Shown piece by piece: positions 58,480-64,000 of a DNA stretch of 64,000 nt (within the stretch, counting starts at the first letter, position 1; each line of letters begins with the position of its first letter). The position numbers and the translations under genes are program-made. Origin of the DNA: Nemertoderma westbladi. Taxonomy: Eukaryota > Animalia > Xenacoelomorpha. The stretch lies in contig JAUCBJ010001770.1 in the NCBI GenBank assembly GCA_032718475.1, positions 1 to 64,000 on the forward strand, in the 5' to 3' direction. The notes under the pieces were generated by a model, which saw only the letters and a list, made by a program, of their open reading frames with translations, was not told the DNA's origin and did no database searches.

Positions 58480-60620
58480 CGCGTTTACACTGATCTCTAT
58501 AAGCAGTTTGGTCAACAATAAGTTTAGATTTTTGATACTTCCTCTCTAATTGTCGCCGTTTTCTTTTCTCCTCTGCAATGTTATCGTTGTACCACTCTGA
58601 CTCGGGACGTCTTCGCACGGTTTTCCGCATTACCGGAGCATGTTTATTCATTATCATGGATAATGTGTCATTGACAAGTCCCTAAAAGGTGCCACCCTGC
58701 TCCATAGCGCGGGAAATTCAAATGATTGAAAGACATGTAATTTGTGCTGGAAAGGGTGGCAGATCAGATCTGCCACCTATTTATTGGCGGTAAATTCAAA
58801 TCTGTTTTAACGTTGAATACATGAATAGAGTAAGACTAAATGTAATTCATTGAATCAGAATAAATTATTTCTTAGCGGTTTAACTCACTCATCCGTTATT
58901 GTTGTTGTTTTATCTATTCTGGGACTTCGAGCAGCACGTGAACAACTAAGGTGACTGGTTAACTAGTCTGGGACTTCGAGCAAAATTGCAAATTGAGGAG
59001 GGGGGTCGGTGGATTTGGCTTAACTTCTATCAGTAAAATGTAAAGAACATTTATTATTTGCTTGTATTAGTTATAATTACATCAGAACATTATAATTATA
59101 ACAATATAGCAGGGAACTGATATATATCGCAGGTAGGCCTACTGTAATAACAATAGGTGTATAATGCTTCTGCCTAATACTGCTATATCTGTCCCAGACA
59201 TGCTGACATGTACCAGACTAGTTAACCAGTCATAGATTAGTTGTTTACGTGCTGCTCGAAGTCCCAGACTTGTTAACCAGACAGCATAGTTGTACACGTG
59301 CTGCTCGAAATCCCAGACTAGTTAACCAGTCAGCTTAGTTTTTCACGTGCTGCTCGAAGTCCCAGACTAGTTAACGTGCAGGTTTAGTTGTTCACGTGCT
59401 GCTCGGAGTCCCAGACTAGGTAACCAGCCAGTTTAGTTGTTCACGTGCTGCTCGAAGCCCCAGACAAGTTAACGTGCTGGTTTAGTTGTTCACGTGCTGC
59501 TCGAAGTCCCAGAATAGATAAATCAACAACGTTAACGGATGAGTGAGTTAAACCGATAATAAATAATTGAATTCAATGAATGAATTCAATGAATTACATT
59601 GGCAGATTGGTCTTACTCTATTCATGTATTCAATGTTAAAACAGATTTGAATTTACCGCCAATAAATAGGTGGCAGATCTGATCTGCCACCCTTTCCAGT
59701 ACAAATAACATGTCTTTCAATCATTTGAATTTCCCGCGCTATGGAGCAGGGTGGCACCTTTTAGGGACTTGTGTGTCATTGTATTGAAGCAACATATCAT
59801 TGAGATTATCAGAGGGAGATTGACATAAAGGTGATGATTCTAGATCGTATGTAAGGTGATCCCAGTTCATTTTTTTAATGTTTCTATATGTAAATGATTC
59901 AAGGGGCATTTCTGGTTTAAGCAGATCAATGTCGAAATGTACAGCAAAATGGTCGGATAATCCAATATCTTCAATGTGGATGTTTTTGATAATTTTCTCA
60001 TCATCTGAATGAACCAGAATAAGGTCAAGCGTGTACCCATGTCTGTGTGTTGGCTCCGTTACTAACTGCACCAACCCAAAACATTTGATTATGTTGCCGA
60101 ACTCATTAGCATCATTGCAGCATTGTCGTTCTTGTCATCCACATGAAAGTTAAAATCCCCCAATAAAGTAATCTTCCCAGCCATGATGATTATATGCTGC
60201 ATGAAATCTGCAAATTGGTCAAAGAATTGCTGTACAGTTAATCCATTTGTAGCCGAGGGGCACGTCCGATATACTATAATAATCCTCATCAATACCCCAA
60301 TATACATCATTGTAAATTCAATATATTCAAAGGTCGAGTAAACTACACAATTGGCGCTTTTCTTTAGTTTTAGAGTCTCGTTGTATATACAAGCCACACC
60401 TCCTCCCCTACATCCGGTGCGGGCTTGACTCTGCACTGTGCCACCAGTGGGGCATATTTCATTAACTATTATGTCATCATCCACATCACCCCTTAACCAC
60501 GTTTCGGTAATAGCAGTTATGTCAAACTTCTCATCTACTATGTAGTCCTTTATTACCGGAGCTTTGTTAACAATGGATCTAGCATTGTATAAGCAACAAT
60601 GTATCAGCTGAGATCGGGAA
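58480..60620 (-). mobile_element. CR1/L2-type LINE fragment (APE endonuclease and linker), split by a MITE
   Basis: CLYNARSIVNK, AITETWL, GGGVA, VYR, GDFNFHVD, EPTH..GYTLDLIL and SDHFAV. Continues after the insertion as KHAPV...WYNDNIAEEKRKRRQLERK. Confidence 0.88.
58674..59772. mobile_element. MULE/foldback-like MITE with long TIRs
   Basis: TIRs of >250 bp starting ACAAGTCCCTAAAAGGTGCCACCC; 9-bp TSD GTGTCATTG at 58665-58673 and 59773-59781; internal ~49-bp tandem repeats. Confidence 0.92.
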
Positions 60621-60842
60621 CCAACCGGTATTGGACCCGCTGGAGTAACGGTTGCCGGATTCGGACCCGCTGGAGTAACAGTTACCGGATTACGACCCGC
60701 TGGAGTAACAGTTACCGGATTCCGACCCGCTGGAGTAACAGTTACCGGTATCGGACCCGCTGGAGTAACAGTTACCGGATTCGGACCCGCTGGAGTAACA
60801 GTTACCGGATTCGGACCCGGTGGAGTAACTGTTACCGGAAAT
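60620..60842. repeat. 30-bp tandem repeat encoding VTVTPAGPNP, about 7 copies
   Basis: Unit GACCCGCTGGAGTAACAGTTACCGGATTCG, in frame with the LINE endonuclease on the minus strand. Confidence 0.92.
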
Positions 60843-61122
60843 AGACATATTCTATTTATGAATACAGTAAGTACACGTTCGTGGGGACTTCGCGCAGCAC
60901 GAGGCCTAGTTATTATATACAAATTAAAATGCAGCGACTGTATCACAAAATCAGGTTTTGAGAAATTTACCCACACCACCAATCAATCAAAGAAAGGTGG
61001 ACAGTACGTGTTCACCCCTTTTAATCTCCCCCCCCCCCCCCACCCTTCCCAACCACCAATACATAACCGCGACATCTACCACCCACGGAAGGGTAGCACG
61101 AACTTATTTCCAATCGCACGTT

Positions 61123-61415
61123 AAATATGCAAAGCCAGGTGGTTTATAGGAATATAATAAACGCAGTACTCGTATTCATTATAAGCCTCTTTGCGTTCGT
61201 CCTGTTTTGTATTTAAATATATTTCTTAAACGCAAGCTAGGACGATCTTTATAATAATAATAACTAGGGATGCGATCAATATGTGAAGCCAGGTGGTTTA
61301 TATAATAATTTAGTCAACGCAGTACTCGTCTTCATTATATGCCTCGTTGCGCTCGTCGCTTGTCCTGTTTTGTCATAAAATATTTTTCCTAAACGCAGAC
61401 TGACGATCTTTATAC
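61123..61415. repeat. Diverged ~155-bp tandem duplication
   Basis: AAGCCAGGTGGTTTATA...CGCAGTACTCGT...GACGATCTTTATA occurs twice. Confidence 0.75.
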
Positions 61416-62214
61416 AGTTATAACTATGCGAAGTTTCGAAACTGTGCGAGTAACTGTTGATACATCTATGTGGAGATGTGTGATATGTGGAGATGTGTGA
61501 TACAACGCCAACGCATCTTATGCCGATGTAGTAATATGGGTATTGAAATAATATTAAATCAATGTACACTCTTAAAGCTGCAGCGAAAAAATGTAGCTAA
61601 TTTCCTAGGTTACATATAAAATAATAATATTATTTTTAAGAACATTAATTTTACTACTTTGCAAAAATTCAATTAAAAAATAACCAGACATATACATTGT
61701 GGAATAAACTATTTCAGAAGCCTACAACTTATGTTATTATATCTGTCATTTAACTGAGATAGCAATAGTAGTAATAGTCGAACGGTTATGCGGCCCGTCC
61801 AGCCTATAATAAACACAATTCAGTGATTGGGCTGGAATAGCAATACTGGTTGCCTCTATTACAATTCCTCTCAGGTTAGTCTACAGCCACAACTCCCAGC
61901 AGCTAGCTCCACACCAGCAGAGACTTGACCAATAATGGGAAGGATTAAATTTGTACTCAATAATTGTGCGGTTTAATTACGTTTAGATCAATTAAAGACA
62001 CATTTATTAAAGCAAATCACTTAAACTAATTAAAAACTATAATAGAATGGCGTATGGGGATTATATCTGTATAATTTTTAAGTATAATTATTTAAATCTT
62101 ATACTGTAAAACAATTAATTTCCTTTAAAAGGCAGGTTGAAAATGGCGTTTTCACCGCAATCAACTTAATTAACTAATTAACTGCTATTATCTTAGCTTC
62201 TCGAAGGCCACACG

Positions 62215-62412
62215 GAAATTCTACTTGGAAAATTTCTAAACTTTTGCCAAACAACATGTGTACCAAGTTTGGATAGATTTCATCAAAGATTGGCCGAGTT
62301 ATTAACGTTTAAAATTGAACACGACAGAACGACAGAACGACAGAAAGACAGAACGACAGGTTGATTAATGGTACCACTACGCTAAGGCTCACTCACTTCG
62401 TGGCTCGCCCCA
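62215..62412 (+). mobile_element. Helentron/DINE-1-like copy
   Basis: TGTACCAAGTTTGG..TTTCATCAAAGATTGG core, (GACAGAAC)n microsatellite and TTCGTGGCTCGCCCCAC end. Confidence 0.5.
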
Positions 62413-62877
62413 CAGTAGTCAGTGTCAGTAGTACTGTACCAGTATAATAAAATAATAAATAAATATTATAGTTTGGAAAAAGTTTTTTAGATCGATAAAA
62501 GTAATGATTCAATTATTAATTATATGTTCAGATATTATAAGATATTATAAATATATTTCGGGCACAAATAATGTCCATTATCAATATAATAAGTACTGGA
62601 ATAGGTACAACTATCAGGGTATGGATGTAGGTCTAGTCTACGGTATGATACCGGTACAGTAAATATGACCACTAAGCACTAACTATAGAACTACTGAATG
62701 TAAAAAATTGCACACCGGCAGACAGGTACAAACACAGCGCAAAATTGATATTTCGGAATTCTGTAAGACTACAGTAACAACAGACAGATACAATTATTCT
62801 GCACAACTACAGTACAAAAATCTGCACAACTACAGTACAAAAATACGATCTAGTAAGTTTGCACAACAATTACTTAT

Positions 62878-64000
62878 TTACAACCCTTTAGCTACCCTAT
62901 CTACCCATTGATTTACCGCTGCTACACTAAGCTGGTCCACTTCGACCGAAGTTCTCTTATTTATCGCTCTCACACCCAGGGACGCTATACATAAGCTTTC
63001 TAGTATTTTACGTCTACGTAAGTCATTTTCTCTTGCTACTGCTTTTATTAAATGGAATTGTGGAATATGACCAGCCTCTACACAGTGGGCTGCCAAATCA
63101 GTCGCTTTCACCCTTTCATGCCTAACGTCACTGTCATGTTTTATTAGCCGTACCTCGGCCGAGTACTTGGATTCACCTACATATATCCTGTCACACTCAC
63201 ATGGTAGCATATAGACTACTCCCCGAGCTTCAGATTTAGGCTTATGGCCTTTGCATAGGTAACTTGATAATTTACGTCCTGTTCTGGAATAGGTCCCCAC
63301 CCCATACCTCCTACATACACGTTCCAACTTTTCAGTTAAACCCGTTACATATGTCCAACCTATGTTAACCTCTGGTCTGTCTCGTGTCTGTTTGTCTTTA
63401 TCCCGATTGTCGTATTTTTTATTAACCCTGCGTTTACTGTTATATATAACCCTTGATGGATAACCATTAGTTTTTAAGGTATTTACAAGTTCCGATTGAG
63501 TCTCGTCTCGAGCAGTTTTATCCGAACACAACCTGTTAGTTCTGTAAAATAGGCCTGAACATACACTGTCCTTTATACGGGGATGATGGTTGGATGTAAA
63601 ATTAAGATATCTATGGGAATGGGTCGGTTTATGGTAAACCGTAGTCTTGAATTTCCCGTCTAATAAGGTTACATGTGTGTCCAAAAAGGGCAGCTCACCA
63701 TTCTTATTCTGTACTTCCATAGTAAACTGTATATTAGAATGTAATCTGTTGAGTTTATCTAATAATTCGTATGCCCTGTTTCTGTGGACAATTGTCCATG
63801 TATCATCTACGTAACGAAACCATGTGATGGGGAGAATGCCCAGTTCCCGTGCCTTACTCTCTAAGCTATACATGTAGAGGCAACTAAGTATTGGTGAAAT
63901 AGGGTTGCCCATTGGTAACCCTTTGATCTGTATGAAACATTCATTCTCAAAAGAAAAGGCCTGTTGTCCCAACACAAGACGTAATAATGTCTCGAAGGTG
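62878..64000 (-). mobile_element. Penelope-like element ORF (RT + GIY-YIG endonuclease), 5' part outside the window
   Basis: GLPMGNPISPILS, WFRYVDDTW, LPFLD, VYHKPTHSHRYL, and GIY-YIG motif GVVYMLPCECDRIYVGE..RL..H. Frame is uninterrupted. Confidence 0.95.

Overview
AT-rich metazoan (invertebrate-like) genomic DNA, not prokaryotic. The main feature is an Orthopedia (Otp) homeobox gene on the + strand. Its four coding exons (9071-9304, 15101-15296, 15580-15886, 49457-49664) splice in frame to a 314-aa protein with the Otp homeodomain and a C-terminal OAR motif. The last intron is ~33.6 kb. It holds two nested antisense two-exon paralogues encoding ~1360-aa secreted proteins with an unusual architecture: hemopexin-like repeats + EGF + a Caspr/Neurexin-IV-type fibrinogen-like module. 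The same intron also holds a 5.3-kb (GTAA)n/(GTGA)n array that reads as tandem 5' splice-site consensus on the Otp sense strand, plus many transposon relics. Flanking genes are an intronless EamA/SLC35G-like transporter and an intronless Mps1/TTK kinase. Mobile DNA includes hAT, piggyBac-like and MULE-like MITEs with visible TSDs, RTE and CR1/L2-type LINE relics, tRNA-derived SINEs, a Harbinger fragment, Helentron-like relics and a Penelope ORF running off the right edge. The first ~3.9 kb is unexplained: orphan ORFs, a hairpin-rich segment, a 16-bp satellite and a GTCGAC palindrome array. All calls come from manual reading; no searches were run.
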